The translations under genes were made by a program, and so were the position numbers. From contig JAYEIQ010000016.1 in NCBI GenBank assembly GCA_034660175.1, forward strand, positions 2,373-66,372: DNA of 64,000 nucleotides, in the 5' to 3' direction. This document shows positions 20,024 through 30,587 of this stretch, in pieces. Under the pieces are notes generated by a model. It did no database searches. It had not been told where the DNA came from and saw only the letters and a list, made by a program, of their open reading frames with translations. This DNA is from Patescibacteria group bacterium (GTDB taxonomy: Bacteria > Patescibacteriota > Minisyncoccia > Moranbacterales > DUUL01). The first letter of the stretch is position 1, and every line of letters starts with the position of its first letter.

Positions 20024-20451
20024 AAAAACAAAACTTCACAACCGATGAAGACCAAACAAAAGAGTTTGCGAAAAAGCTTGTTGAGGAAGATTTGCCCAGC
20101 AATGTCATTTTGCTTGAAGGGGATCTTGGAGCAGGAAAGACAACTTTTGCGCAAGGTGCATTGAAGACATTTGGGGCCGAAGGCCCATTCACATCTCCGA
20201 CATTTGTGATCATGAAACGCTATGCGTTGGGCGATGAAAAATATGAAAATATTTTTCATTTTGATTGCTATCGTGTCAAGTCGGGTGACGTTCTCGAATT
20301 GGGATGGGAAGAAATAATCTCCAATCCTAGGAACCTTGTTTTTGTTGAATGGCCCGAGCGAATCAAGAAAATTTGGCCAAAAAAATATGTGAAAATTTCA
20401 TTTGAAATTTCGGATAGAAGCAAAAGGAGGATTTTAATTAATAGTAAATAA
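20020..20451 (+). CDS. tsaE: t6A biosynthesis ATPase TsaE
   Basis: GDLGAGKTTF, SPTF, HFDCYR, VEWPE. Confidence 0.95.
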   Translation: MKKQNFTTDEDQTKEFAKKLVEEDLPSNVILLEGDLGAGKTTFAQGALKTFGAEGPFTSPTFVIMKRYALGDEKYENIFHFDCYRVKSGDVLELGWEEIISNPRNLVFVEWPERIKKIWPKKYVKISFEISDRSKRRILINSK

Positions 20452-20502
20452 CCCCAGTTTAACGGCTCTTTTATTTCGCAGTTTAATGGGGCAAGTAAAA
20501 AA

Positions 20503-21939
20503 ATGAAAATCAATCGTGAAATTATCAGAGGATATGATCTTCGTGGTGTCACTGGAAAAGATTTAACAGCAGAAATTGTTGAGCACTTTGGCAAAGCTTA
20601 TGGGACCTATATCCAAAAAAAAGGAGATGTTAAAGTTGCAGTCGTTGGAAGAGATTCTCGTCTCACCAGTGAGGAATACAAAGATGCATTAGCAAAAGGA
20701 ATTGCATCAACTGGTCTGGACGTGATTGATGTTGGATTGGTCTTAGTTGGCACTGTCTATTGGGCTCAATATCACTTTGACACAATTGCATCTTCCATGA
20801 TCACTGCGTCTCACAATCCGAAGGAATATAATGGAATGAAGTTTTCTATTGATCTTTCTGAATCAATGATTGGTGATGATCTGCAGGAGCTTGTTGATAT
20901 TGTTGAGGCAGGAGAATATGTTCAAGCTGACGAATCGGGAGAGATTAGGCAGGAAGACATTACTGACATCTATTTTAAAGATATCATGGACCGAGTAAAA
21001 ATCACGAAGAAATTCAAAGTTGTTATTGATGCAAGCTGTACGACGCCAGGAGCTGTAATTCCAGATCTGTTAAGAAGAGTAGGTTGTGAAGTCGTCGAAA
21101 GCAATTGTGAACTGGATGGTAATTTTCCTCTTGGAGTTGCTGATCCAACAGAAACAATAGTTGCAGAGAGGCTACGTGATAAGGTTCTTGAGACAGGTGC
21201 TGACATTGGTTTTTCCTATGACACTGACGGCGATAGAATTGGGATTGTTGATGAAAAAGGTGGAATAATTTGGAACGATGTTTTGGTTGCACTTTTTGCA
21301 ATTGAAATTTTGCATGATCATCCAGGTGAGAAAATCATGTATAACACATTGTGTTCCAAGGTTGTTGATGAGACGATAGTGAAGCATGGTGGAGAGCCAT
21401 TTATGTGGCGCACTGGTCATGGCTTTTTGAAAAAGAAGAATCAAGAAGTGAAAGCTCCGTTCATTGGTGAACTCTCCGGACACTTCTTTTTCTCAGCTGA
21501 TTTTTATAATCATGATGATGGGTGCTATGCCACATTAAGACTTTTGAACTATCTTTCTCGAACAGGAAAAACTTTGAGTGAGGAAGTTGATGCTTTGCCA
21601 AAGTATATTTCTTCTCCTGAAATTAAAATAAGTTGTGCTGATAATAAGAAAATAGAGTTGATGGAAAAACTTTCTCCGATAATGAAAGGAGATTATCCAG
21701 AAGCTGAAGTGATTGATGACGAAAGAGCTGGAGATGGAGTTCGTCTCGAGCTGAATGATGCAATGTTTATTGTAAGATATTCTCAAAATGGTCCTTATAT
21801 TACTGTTAAGTTCGAGGGGAAAACGAAACAGAGATATGACGAGTTAGGAAAATATATTAGAACTCTTCTGAATAAGTTTGAGGAGGTTGATTGGAATGGT
21901 CCAATTCGTGTTAATACTGAAGAACTAGAAAAGTATTAG
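20503..21939 (+). CDS. Phosphomannomutase/phosphoglucomutase
   Basis: TASHNP, DTDGDR, GELSGH. Confidence 0.93.
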   Translation: MKINREIIRGYDLRGVTGKDLTAEIVEHFGKAYGTYIQKKGDVKVAVVGRDSRLTSEEYKDALAKGIASTGLDVIDVGLVLVGTVYWAQYHFDTIASSMITASHNPKEYNGMKFSIDLSESMIGDDLQELVDIVEAGEYVQADESGEIRQEDITDIYFKDIMDRVKITKKFKVVIDASCTTPGAVIPDLLRRVGCEVVESNCELDGNFPLGVADPTETIVAERLRDKVLETGADIGFSYDTDGDRIGIVDEKGGIIWNDVLVALFAIEILHDHPGEKIMYNTLCSKVVDETIVKHGGEPFMWRTGHGFLKKKNQEVKAPFIGELSGHFFFSADFYNHDDGCYATLRLLNYLSRTGKTLSEEVDALPKYISSPEIKISCADNKKIELMEKLSPIMKGDYPEAEVIDDERAGDGVRLELNDAMFIVRYSQNGPYITVKFEGKTKQRYDELGKYIRTLLNKFEEVDWNGPIRVNTEELEKY

Positions 21940-22063
21940 ATTGGACAAAGTTTCTTTAGAGTGGTAGTCTGAACGAAACAAGGGATTTGTGGAAACTTCC
22001 ATAAGAGCCAGTTTGGCAAAGTTGCTGGACTGTTCTTGGCAAAAACTCTTTAAAAAAACAAAC

Positions 22064-23926
22064 ATGTCACCAGAGAATCAAACAGATGAATCTTTAATAA
22101 CATTTTTCGGAAGAACAAATTTTCGAGAAGTTGGACGAGATTTTGGCATACGAAAAAAGGATCGACGCCAACATATGTATGTGATTGGAAAGACTGGAGT
22201 TGGAAAAACGGAATTGTTGAAAAACATGGCGTTGCAGGATGTTGAAAGTGGTCATGGGCTTGCAATTATTGACCCTCATGGTGAGTTTGTTGAGGAAGTT
22301 TTGGATCAGATTCCTCCACACAGAACAAATGATGTAGTCTACTTTAACCCAGCGGATATTGATAATCCGGTGGGTTTTAATATTCTTCAAGTTCCTGACG
22401 TTCAGTACAAGCATTTAGTTGCTTCTGGACTCATGGGAATTTTCACCAAAATTTGGGCCAATGTTTGGTCTGCAAGAATGGAATATATCATGAACAATTG
22501 TCTCCTTGCTCTTTTGGACACACCAAACACAACGTTGTTAGGAATTACAAGAATTCTGGTGGACAAAGACTATCGACAAAAAATAATCGATAACGTTAAG
22601 GATCCAGTCGTCAGATCATTTTGGATAAATGAATATGCTAGTTGGAGAGAACAGTTCAGAAATGAGGCCATCGCGCCTATTCAGAACAAAGTTGGACAGT
22701 TCTTGTCTGCTTCATTGATTAGGAACATCATTGGTCAATCAAAAAGTACAATAGACATTCAAGATATCATGGACAACAGAAAGATATTGTTGGTGAATGT
22801 TTCGAAGGGGCTTGTTGGTGAAGACAACTCGGCACTATTAGGAGCGATGATTATCACAAAAATACAGTTGGCTGCAATGGAAAGGGTGAGGATTGAATCA
22901 GAAAAGCGACAAGATTTCTTTTTGTATGTTGATGAATTCCAAAACTTTGTCACAGAATCTTTTGCTGACATTCTTTCTGAGGCAAGAAAGTACAGACTTA
23001 ATCTGATCTTGGCTCACCAATATGTTGGACAACTTGTGACAGACACAACAACAAAGGTGAGAGACGCAGTTTTTGGAAACGTAGGATCGTTGATCACCTT
23101 CAGGGTTGGTGCCGCTGACGCTGAATTTTTGGAAAAGGAGTTTGAACCAAGATTCTATGTGCAGGACCTAGTAAATTTAGAGAACTACAATATTTATCTT
23201 CGGTTGATGATCAATGGAGTTACGAGTTGTCCTTTTTCAGCTACTACGCTTCCACCAAGAAAAATTGATGATGAGCGCAAGTTAAACAGGAAAAAAGTTA
23301 TTCGAGTCTCGAGAGAGAGATATGCGAATTCAAGAGAGGAAGTGGAAGAGAAAATCAATCGCTGGAGTGGAATGTGGAACGACAGTGAGTTCACTGCACC
23401 AAGTGGTGATGGAGGTGCAGCTATTCTCGATAACAAAGAGCCGGATCCTTCACTTAAGGATCCCGAGGCGATCCATCCTGACAATTGCTGGGCTTGTGGC
23501 AAAGATGTAAAATTGAAGTTCATGCCTGACGGAAAACGACCGATTTTTTGCAAAAATTGTTTGGCAAGATCGCGAAGCGAGCAATCAAAAACTGGAAAAC
23601 CAATCTTACTTCCTTATAAGCCTAAAGAAGGTGTGAAAAAAGTGCAGCCCGAATCTATGTCGCAGGAACCACGAAAAGTTGAATCAAGTCCAGAACTGGA
23701 AACGATGGGTATTGGTGCTGATCCACCAAGTGCATCTTCTCCAGCACCAAAGTTGTCTGCATCCAACAATTCTTCGCGGAAAGCAACCTCTTTTCGCGAA
23801 CAAGAAAGCAGTCAGAAAAAGAGGACACAAACATCTCACAAAAAGAAAGAAATAGACCTCAAGAGCGTGCGAGATGCAATCAATGATGCAATGAAAAGGA
23901 AGGATGGAGCAGATGACGGAAAATAA
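22064..23926 (+). CDS. VirD4/TraG-like P-loop ATPase with C-terminal CxxC-x17-CxxC Zn finger (CPR type)
   Basis: GKTGVGKT, IDPHG, YVDEFQNF, SEARKY, AHQY; CWAC-x17-CKNC. Confidence 0.88.
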   Translation: MSPENQTDESLITFFGRTNFREVGRDFGIRKKDRRQHMYVIGKTGVGKTELLKNMALQDVESGHGLAIIDPHGEFVEEVLDQIPPHRTNDVVYFNPADIDNPVGFNILQVPDVQYKHLVASGLMGIFTKIWANVWSARMEYIMNNCLLALLDTPNTTLLGITRILVDKDYRQKIIDNVKDPVVRSFWINEYASWREQFRNEAIAPIQNKVGQFLSASLIRNIIGQSKSTIDIQDIMDNRKILLVNVSKGLVGEDNSALLGAMIITKIQLAAMERVRIESEKRQDFFLYVDEFQNFVTESFADILSEARKYRLNLILAHQYVGQLVTDTTTKVRDAVFGNVGSLITFRVGAADAEFLEKEFEPRFYVQDLVNLENYNIYLRLMINGVTSCPFSATTLPPRKIDDERKLNRKKVIRVSRERYANSREEVEEKINRWSGMWNDSEFTAPSGDGGAAILDNKEPDPSLKDPEAIHPDNCWACGKDVKLKFMPDGKRPIFCKNCLARSRSEQSKTGKPILLPYKPKEGVKKVQPESMSQEPRKVESSPELETMGIGADPPSASSPAPKLSASNNSSRKATSFREQESSQKKRTQTSHKKKEIDLKSVRDAINDAMKRKDGADDGK

Positions 23927-23989
23927 CTTGACATTTTCGTTCTTTTGATCAATACTGGTTGAAGTTTCTAAATTATCAAGAATGCAAAG

Positions 23990-24304
23990 ATGATAGCAAT
24001 TATTAGGACAGGCGGAAAGCAATACAAGGTTGCCGAAGGCGATGTTATCGAGGTTGAAAAAATTGAAGGAGAAAAAGATGGAAAGATTGTTTTTTTTGAT
24101 GTTTTGTTTGTTGGAGATGAAAAAGATGCAAAAATTGGAATACCAACAGTGAAGGGTGCAAAAGTTGAAGCAGTTATTGTTGAGCAGAAAAAAGGAGAAA
24201 AGGTGACAATTATCAAACACAAGGCCAAGAAAAGATATTTGAAGAAGATGGGGCATCGACAGATGCTCACTAAAGTTGAGATAAAGAAAATTTCAGCAGA
24301 GTAG
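23990..24304 (+). CDS. rplU: 50S ribosomal protein L21
   Basis: IRTGGKQYKV...GHRQ. Confidence 0.97.
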   Translation: MIAIIRTGGKQYKVAEGDVIEVEKIEGEKDGKIVFFDVLFVGDEKDAKIGIPTVKGAKVEAVIVEQKKGEKVTIIKHKAKKRYLKKMGHRQMLTKVEIKKISAE

Positions 24305-24316
24305 ATGCTGTTTGCT

Positions 24317-24345
24317 TGACGAAACTGAATTTTTAATGTAGTGTA
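24317..24345 (+). promoter_or_regulatory. Putative S10 operon promoter
   Basis: TTGACG-N17-TAGTGT. Confidence 0.5.
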
Positions 24346-24405
24346 GAAAAAGCTTTATTTATTATTTTTTTTGAAATTTAACTAAGTATTGTACATTATA
24401 CGTTC

Positions 24406-24744
24406 ATGGCAAAGGAGAAAAATCTCACTCAAGAAGAAACAAAGTCAAGAATTCGAATCAAGATCAAGGCATATGATCACAAAGTTATTGATCAATCTGC
24501 AAAACAGATTGTTGAGACAGCACAGCGCACAGGCGCTAAAGTGATCGGTCCAGTGCCGCTTCCAACTCAAATCAGAAAGATGACCGTTAACAGATCAACT
24601 TTCAAGAGCAAAAAAGCACGAGATCAATATGAGATCAGAACGCACAAGCGATTGATTGATATTATTGAACCATCCAATTCTACTATTGAGAGCTTGACGA
24701 ATATGGACTTGCCTGCAGGTGTAGGGATTGAAATCAAGATGTAA
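24406..24744 (+). CDS. rpsJ: 30S ribosomal protein S10
   Basis: [26 protein letters not shown]. Confidence 0.98.
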   Translation: MAKEKNLTQEETKSRIRIKIKAYDHKVIDQSAKQIVETAQRTGAKVIGPVPLPTQIRKMTVNRSTFKSKKARDQYEIRTHKRLIDIIEPSNSTIESLTNMDLPAGVGIEIKM

Positions 24745-24753
24745 TTTTTTGTC

Positions 24754-24943
24754 ATATTGTTCTATTGTTGTACCGTTAGTCTTTTGTAGCGGTCTGACAA
24801 TAGAACAATATAGATTCATCATCTAGTTTAAGTTCCAAGGTGGAATACTGAATTAGCATGAAACCGAATATTTTTATTTTGGTTTGGCTAATGAAACTCG
24901 GTATTTCAAATCAAAACAAGGACATTCGGTTTTGTTTTGGTTT
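24754..24943 (+). promoter_or_regulatory. Structured rpsJ-rplC spacer (candidate cis-regulatory RNA)
   Basis: Three long hairpins (24754-24811, 24823-24856, 24861-24932) and an alternative hairpin at 24908-24943. Confidence 0.5.
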
Positions 24944-24965
24944 AAATAGTATTTTAGCGAAGTAA

Positions 24966-25541
24966 ATGAAGGTTCTACTTACAAAAAAATTGGGAATGAC
25001 AACAATTTATAAAGAAGGTGTAGCAGACAATGTTACGCTTCTTGAGGCTGGTGAAAATGCTATTGTTGCTTTGAGAAGTGAAGAGAAAGATGGATATGTT
25101 GCTGTTCAGGTTGGAATTGACAAAAGTAAGAATGAAAAAAAGGGATTTGATGTTCATAGTGAATTTAGAATGGGCAGTGCTGATGGATTTGAAGTTGGAA
25201 AGAATTTGACAGTTGAGCAGTTTGAGGAGGGGGACAAAGTTAATATTCAAAGTGTTTCAAAAGGAAAAGGTTATCAAGGTGTGGTGAAAAGACATGGCTT
25301 CGCTGGTTCGCCTGCGTCTCATGGACACCGACATGACTTGAGAGCTCCTGGTTCAATTGGAAGTGCTTTCCCGGAGCGAGTGATGAAAGGAAAGAAGATG
25401 GCTGGTCGAATGGGTGGCGGAAATGTTACTATTGAGAGTTTGAAAGTTTCCCTTGTTGACAAAGAGAGAAACATTATTGCAGTCAAAGGGCCAGTTTCTG
25501 GAACAAACGGAACTGTTGTGAGAATTATTTGTGAGAAATAG
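24966..25541 (+). CDS. rplC: 50S ribosomal protein L3
   Basis: KGKGYQGVVKRHGF..SHG, KGKKMAGRMG. Confidence 0.98.
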   Translation: MKVLLTKKLGMTTIYKEGVADNVTLLEAGENAIVALRSEEKDGYVAVQVGIDKSKNEKKGFDVHSEFRMGSADGFEVGKNLTVEQFEEGDKVNIQSVSKGKGYQGVVKRHGFAGSPASHGHRHDLRAPGSIGSAFPERVMKGKKMAGRMGGGNVTIESLKVSLVDKERNIIAVKGPVSGTNGTVVRIICEK

Positions 25542-25563
25542 ATATTTTTAATAGATTACAGCT

Positions 25564-26265
25564 GTGGCTAAAATTGAAGTAAAAAACTTGGAAGGAAAGA
25601 AGATTGAAGAAATCGAACTGAATCCAGAAATTTTTGGATTGGAAATCAATGAAGAACTTGTTTCTGATGTTTTTATTGCACAGCACGCGAACAGAAGAAC
25701 GGCTATTGCTCATACAAAGACAGTGAGTGATAGAGCTGGGTCAACTGCAAAGCCTTGGGCGCAGAAAGGAACCGGACGAGCAAGGACTGGATCAATTCGG
25801 AACCCAATTTGGCGCGGAGGTGGTGTAACATTTGGACCAACAAAGAATCGAAACTTCTCCAAGAAGATAAACAAGAAGGTTGGAATCTCAGCCACTAAGA
25901 TGGTTTTAAGTGGAAAAGTTAGCGCAAAAGAGCTGATTGTTGTCGATAGTCTGAAAACTGACAATAACAAAACGAAAGAAGTGGCGCAGGCTCTCAAGGC
26001 ATTGAAAATTGACAGGAAGGCGCTTTTGGCACTCAGCGCTGATGAGAAAGACACAAAGTTGAGTAGCAGAAATATTAAATATTTGACGAACACGGAAGCG
26101 CAAGCACTTAATGTTTTCGATATGCTTAATAGCAAATATTTGATTGTGAGCAAAGCAGGAATTGAAGAGATTGAGAAAAGATTTGGAAAGAAAGAAAAGA
26201 AGGCAGAGAAAACACCTGAAACAAAGAAGATCAGTGGAAAAAAACAAGATAAAGACAAGAAATAA
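25564..26265 (+). CDS. rplD: 50S ribosomal protein L4 (Lys-rich C-terminal tail)
   Basis: KPWAQKGTGRAR.GS.R.P.WRGGG. Confidence 0.98.
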   Translation: MAKIEVKNLEGKKIEEIELNPEIFGLEINEELVSDVFIAQHANRRTAIAHTKTVSDRAGSTAKPWAQKGTGRARTGSIRNPIWRGGGVTFGPTKNRNFSKKINKKVGISATKMVLSGKVSAKELIVVDSLKTDNNKTKEVAQALKALKIDRKALLALSADEKDTKLSSRNIKYLTNTEAQALNVFDMLNSKYLIVSKAGIEEIEKRFGKKEKKAEKTPETKKISGKKQDKDKK

Positions 26266-26285
26266 TATCAATTTGATCTAAAGTC

Positions 26286-26795
26286 ATGGTAGCATTCTGG
26301 GACAAAATTAAGTCAGTAGCTAAAGACGCTGAAGAGAAGAAAGAAGAGACACCAAAGAAGGATGTTTCAAAGGTTGTCGATGTGAAGAAAGAGGATTCAA
26401 AAGTGAAGAGCAGTAAGAAAAAGGTTATTAAAGAAGAGAAGAAGGAGAAGAAAAGCAAAAAGAAAGGCAAGAAGGTGAAAAAGAGAAATTTGAAAGCCCA
26501 TGAAGCGCACCTGGTGAACAAGGTTTTGGTGCGACCAAAAATTTCTGAGGCAGTTATGAATCAGCAAATGTTGGGTAAATATGTTTTTGAAGTTTCAAGA
26601 GAGGCGAAAAAATCTGAAATCGCGAAAGCTGTTGAGTCCATGTATGGAGTTAGTGTGGTGAAGGTGAACACTCTTTGTTATAAGCCTAAGACACATGGTT
26701 TTAGAGGAAGAAGCGGAATGAAGAGTGGATTTAAAAAGGCAATCGTCACATTGAAACAAGGTGAAAGCATTGAAATGTTCAAAGAAGCTAAATAA
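26286..26795 (+). CDS. rplW: 50S ribosomal protein L23 with ~75-aa N-terminal extension
   Basis: RPKISE..KYVF.V...K.EIAKAVE..YGV.V.KVNT..KKAIVTL; synteny. Confidence 0.95.
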   Translation: MVAFWDKIKSVAKDAEEKKEETPKKDVSKVVDVKKEDSKVKSSKKKVIKEEKKEKKSKKKGKKVKKRNLKAHEAHLVNKVLVRPKISEAVMNQQMLGKYVFEVSREAKKSEIAKAVESMYGVSVVKVNTLCYKPKTHGFRGRSGMKSGFKKAIVTLKQGESIEMFKEAK

Positions 26796-26817
26796 GCTAT
26801 AGATATAATCTACTGAA

Positions 26818-27654
26818 ATGGCAATCAAGGTCTACAAAAAGAATAATGCAGGAAGAAGAAAGATGTCGGTGATAAAGCCGGTCGATTTTACTGACAAAAA
26901 ACCTGAAAAGGCATTGACTCGATCGATCAAGAAAAGTGCTGGTCGTTCAAGAGGGAAGATCTCAATTCGTCACCGAGGTGGTGGAGCACGGAGGAAATAT
27001 CGATTGATTGATTTCAAATTCAATAAGATCGGAGTTCCTGCTAAAGTTGTAGCGATCGAGAAGGATCCAAACAGGAGTGCGCTTATTGCTCTTTTGGTGT
27101 ATGCTGATGGCGAGAAGAGATATATTCTTGCAACTAGTAAAATGAAAGAAGGGAAAGAGATTTTGAATGCAGACAAGACTCCGATCAAAGAAGGAAACAG
27201 GATGATGCTTAAGAATATCCCTGTTGGAACCGAAGTTTGCAACATTGAAATGGTTCCAGGTAAAGGTGCTCAACTTTCAAGAAGTGCAGGTTCAGTGGCA
27301 CTTTTGCAAGCTATTGATGCAGATATGGCCACCTTGAAAATGCCGTCAACTGAGATCAGAATGGTCAAAGAGACGTGTTTTGCAACGATTGGAAGGGTGA
27401 GTAATTTGGAACACAGTGCTGTGAGAATTGGAAAGGCTGGGAAAAAGAGGCACTTGGGAAGAAGGCCGCATGTTAGAGGCTCAGCGATGAACCCAGTGGA
27501 CCACCCACATGGTGGTGGCGAAGGTAGACAACCGATTGGTTTGAAGTATCCAAAAACTCCATGGGGAAAGCCGACTCTTGGAAAGAAGACGAGAAAAAAG
27601 AATAAACAGTCGAATAAGTTTATTGTTAGAAGAAGAAAGAAGAAACGAAGATAA
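26818..27654 (+). CDS. rplB: 50S ribosomal protein L2
   Basis: [17 protein letters not shown]. Confidence 0.98.
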   Translation: MAIKVYKKNNAGRRKMSVIKPVDFTDKKPEKALTRSIKKSAGRSRGKISIRHRGGGARRKYRLIDFKFNKIGVPAKVVAIEKDPNRSALIALLVYADGEKRYILATSKMKEGKEILNADKTPIKEGNRMMLKNIPVGTEVCNIEMVPGKGAQLSRSAGSVALLQAIDADMATLKMPSTEIRMVKETCFATIGRVSNLEHSAVRIGKAGKKRHLGRRPHVRGSAMNPVDHPHGGGEGRQPIGLKYPKTPWGKPTLGKKTRKKNKQSNKFIVRRRKKKRR

Positions 27655-27679
27655 TTAAGATAATATTTTTCATAAAGAC

Positions 27680-28009
27680 ATGGCGAGAAGTTTAAAAAAA
27701 GGTCCATATGTTGATGACCGAGTCCTGAAAAAGATCAAGGATCTCAAATCAGGAGATAATACAGTTATCAAAACTTGGTCACGAGCATGCACGATCACTC
27801 CGGAAATGGTCGGTTTTACATTTGGAGTTCACAATGGAAAAGAATTCACTCCAGTTCGTGTTTTGGAAGACATGGTGGGACACAAGTTGGGTGAATTTTC
27901 ACCGACTCGCAAATTTGTTCGCCATGGTGGAAGAATGCAGAAGGAATTGGAACAGGCCCAGAAAGAGCATGACATTCAAGCAGCAAAGGCCGCTAAAATT
28001 GATGAATAA
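27680..28009 (+). CDS. rpsS: 30S ribosomal protein S19
   Basis: [21 protein letters not shown]. Confidence 0.98.
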   Translation: MARSLKKGPYVDDRVLKKIKDLKSGDNTVIKTWSRACTITPEMVGFTFGVHNGKEFTPVRVLEDMVGHKLGEFSPTRKFVRHGGRMQKELEQAQKEHDIQAAKAAKIDE

Positions 28010-28029
28010 TAAAGTTATTGATTAATTCA

Positions 28030-28431
28030 ATGAAAGTTAAGGCAAGACTAAAAAATTACCGATCATCAGCAAGAAAAGTGAGAGAAGTTTCTCCCATCAT
28101 CAAGGGCTTGAGTGTGAAAGAAGCATTGTGGCAACTGGAGAATTTAAAGAAGGGATGCGCTGAGGATTTGAGGAAGTTGCTTTTAAGTGCAATTGCCAAT
28201 GCCACGAACAATCATGCTTTTGAAAAAGAGAATTTGTTTGTTTCGGAATTGGTTGTACAAGAAGGTCGAGTATTGAAACGTTGGAGACCAAGAGCACATG
28301 GGAGGGCTACTCCTATTTTGAAGAGGTCTTGTCATGTGATTTTGACCATTGAAACCAGCGAAGAAGTTGAAAGGGAAAAGCAGGGGACGGAAAAGAAGAG
28401 AGATGAGAAGAAAAAAGAAGAGAAAAAATAA
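28030..28431 (+). CDS. rplV: 50S ribosomal protein L22
   Basis: SARKVR, SAIANA, LKRWRPRAHGRA. Confidence 0.97.
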   Translation: MKVKARLKNYRSSARKVREVSPIIKGLSVKEALWQLENLKKGCAEDLRKLLLSAIANATNNHAFEKENLFVSELVVQEGRVLKRWRPRAHGRATPILKRSCHVILTIETSEEVEREKQGTEKKRDEKKKEEKK

Positions 28432-28470
28432 TCAAGTGAAATTTGAACGATAATTTATAATAAATAGTTT

Positions 28471-29163
28471 ATGGGACAGAAAGTAGACCCACGAGGACTG
28501 AGAATAGGAATCAACAAGACTTGGAGTTCTCGCTGGTACAACAAGAAAAACTATAAAGACATCTTGCGTCAGGATGTGGAAATGAATGAATACATTTTGA
28601 AAAACTATAAGGGTGCAGCAATTTCAAGAGTTGAGATCGAGAGAAGTGTCGCAAAGATCAGAATTGTCATTCATACAAATCGTCCTGGAGTTTTGATTGG
28701 TCGTGGTGGAAAGGGTTTGGAAGATCTTCGCAAGAAACTTGAAAGAAAATTTTTATTCAATGAAAAATTGCAGGTTCAAATAGATGTGAATGAAGTGAAA
28801 ACAATCGAAGAAGATGCTCAATTGCTTGCTGATGAAGCTGCAATGCAAATCGAAAAAAGAATGTCTTTTCGCAGGGTGATGAAGATGATGATCGACAAAG
28901 TGATGCAGAACAGAAATGTTGACGGAATCAAGGTTGAATTGGCAGGACGACTTGGAGGAGCAGAAATGTCTAGAAAAGAGTGGTTGTCAAAAGGCAATTT
29001 GCCATTACACACGATGAGAGCAAATATAGATTTTGCAAAATCAACTGCATTTACTACGTATGGAACAATCGGTGTGAAGGTTTGGTTGAACAAGAAACAT
29101 CCATTGGAAAGTAGAGACGAAGAAAGAGGGAGAAGAGATCACAGAAGGGATTACAGGAGATAA
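28471..29163 (+). CDS. rpsC: 30S ribosomal protein S3
   Basis: MGQKVDPRGLRIG, GRLGGAEMSR, TYGTIGVKVW. Confidence 0.98.
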   Translation: MGQKVDPRGLRIGINKTWSSRWYNKKNYKDILRQDVEMNEYILKNYKGAAISRVEIERSVAKIRIVIHTNRPGVLIGRGGKGLEDLRKKLERKFLFNEKLQVQIDVNEVKTIEEDAQLLADEAAMQIEKRMSFRRVMKMMIDKVMQNRNVDGIKVELAGRLGGAEMSRKEWLSKGNLPLHTMRANIDFAKSTAFTTYGTIGVKVWLNKKHPLESRDEERGRRDHRRDYRR

Positions 29164-29214
29164 TAAAGACCAAAGAAAAGTTAGATATAAGACATAACTC
29201 AATATTCGACAAAG

Positions 29215-29625
29215 ATGTTGATGCCCAAGAAAGTAAAACATAGAAAGCTCCACAGAGGAGGAAAGACAAGAGGACTTGCTCACAAAGGTAGTAAAGTTTC
29301 GTTTGGAGCATATGGTATCAAGACGTTGGAATATGGGGCTATCAACTCAAGAGAAATTGAGGCTGCGCGTCGAGCAATTACGAGATATGTTCAACGAGGT
29401 GGAAAAATTTGGATTAGGATCTTCCCAGATCATTCAATGACAAGAAAGGGAGCAGAGACTCCAATGGGAAAAGGGAAAGGAACTCCAGAGTTTTTTGTTG
29501 CAAAAGTGAAGCCGGGAAGGGTTTTGTTTGAGATGGATGGTGTGACTGAAGAGATTGCACGGCAAGCTCTCAAACTTGGTTCAGACAAATTGAGCGTGAA
29601 GACAAAGTTTGTATTAAATAAGTAG
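29215..29625 (+). CDS. rplP: 50S ribosomal protein L16
   Basis: [24 protein letters not shown]. Confidence 0.98.
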   Translation: MLMPKKVKHRKLHRGGKTRGLAHKGSKVSFGAYGIKTLEYGAINSREIEAARRAITRYVQRGGKIWIRIFPDHSMTRKGAETPMGKGKGTPEFFVAKVKPGRVLFEMDGVTEEIARQALKLGSDKLSVKTKFVLNK

Positions 29626-29668
29626 GAAATAAGGATAACTTATATAAACGACGGTTAATATATCAACA

Positions 29669-29911
29669 ATGAAGGCACTAGAATATAGAGAAATGACAAT
29701 AGATGAACTTGAAGATCATTTGAAAGAGAAAAGGACTGAACTTGTGACTCAAAGGTTTGAAGTTGGTTCAAGGCAACTGAAGAACTATAACAAAGTTGGT
29801 GAAACAAGAAGAGAGATCGCGAGAATTTTGACAGTCATGAAACAGATGCAAAGTGGCAGTAAGGAATCAGTAGAGAAAAAAGAAGAGGATAAAAGTAAAG
29901 ACACTAAATAA
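29669..29911 (+). CDS. rpmC: 50S ribosomal protein L29
   Basis: RREIARILTV; synteny. Confidence 0.93.
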   Translation: MKALEYREMTIDELEDHLKEKRTELVTQRFEVGSRQLKNYNKVGETRREIARILTVMKQMQSGSKESVEKKEEDKSKDTK

Positions 29912-29917
29912 TAAACA

Positions 29918-30172
29918 ATGGCGATGGAAAAACAACAGACAAAGAAAGCGAAAAAAGGGGTAGTTGTGAGTGATAAAATGGACAAAACCATTGTTGTTGA
30001 AGCGACGACTCTTTTGACTCACAAGAAATATCACAAGAAATATAAGGACACCAAGAGATATAGTGTGCACGATGAGAACAATTCATATAAAGTTGGAGAC
30101 AAAGTGCTTTTCAATGAATGCAAACCAATGAGCAAAAGCAAGAAGTGGATTGTGATAGAGCAAGATAAATAA
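29918..30172 (+). CDS. rpsQ: 30S ribosomal protein S17
   Basis: GVVVSDKMDKTIVV, HDENN, ECKPMSKSK. Confidence 0.97.
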   Translation: MAMEKQQTKKAKKGVVVSDKMDKTIVVEATTLLTHKKYHKKYKDTKRYSVHDENNSYKVGDKVLFNECKPMSKSKKWIVIEQDK

Positions 30173-30190
30173 AAGTTTTGAGATAATCAA

Positions 30191-30556
30191 ATGATTCAAG
30201 CGGAGACAAAATTGAATGTTGCAGATAACTCAGGAGCCAAGGTAATTGAATGTTTCAAGGTTCTTGGTGGTTCAAGGAGAAGATATGCATATGTTGGTGA
30301 TATCATTGTTGCTTCAGTAAAAGAATCAGAGCCAAGGGGTAATGTGAAGAAGAAGGAGAAAGTCAGAGCAGTGATTGTGCGACAAAGCCAGCCTGTGAGA
30401 CGAAAAGATGGTTCATATATTAAATTTGATGAGAACGCTGCGGTAATCTTGGATGGCACAGAGCCAAAAGGAACGAGAATTTTTGGTCCGATTGCAAGAG
30501 AAGTTAGAGAGGGAGGTTTCATGAAGATTGTTTCGTTGGCAGAAGAAGTATTTTAG
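30191..30556 (+). CDS. rplN: 50S ribosomal protein L14
   Basis: [19 protein letters not shown]. Confidence 0.98.
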   Translation: MIQAETKLNVADNSGAKVIECFKVLGGSRRRYAYVGDIIVASVKESEPRGNVKKKEKVRAVIVRQSQPVRRKDGSYIKFDENAAVILDGTEPKGTRIFGPIAREVREGGFMKIVSLAEEVF

Positions 30557-30587
30557 AAGAATAATTAAGAATATTTATAGATATACG

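Noticed and set aside
22064-23926. Conjugative element inferred from the VirD4-like ATPase
   Set aside because: No relaxase or VirB cluster nearby; such ATPases are common chromosomal CPR genes
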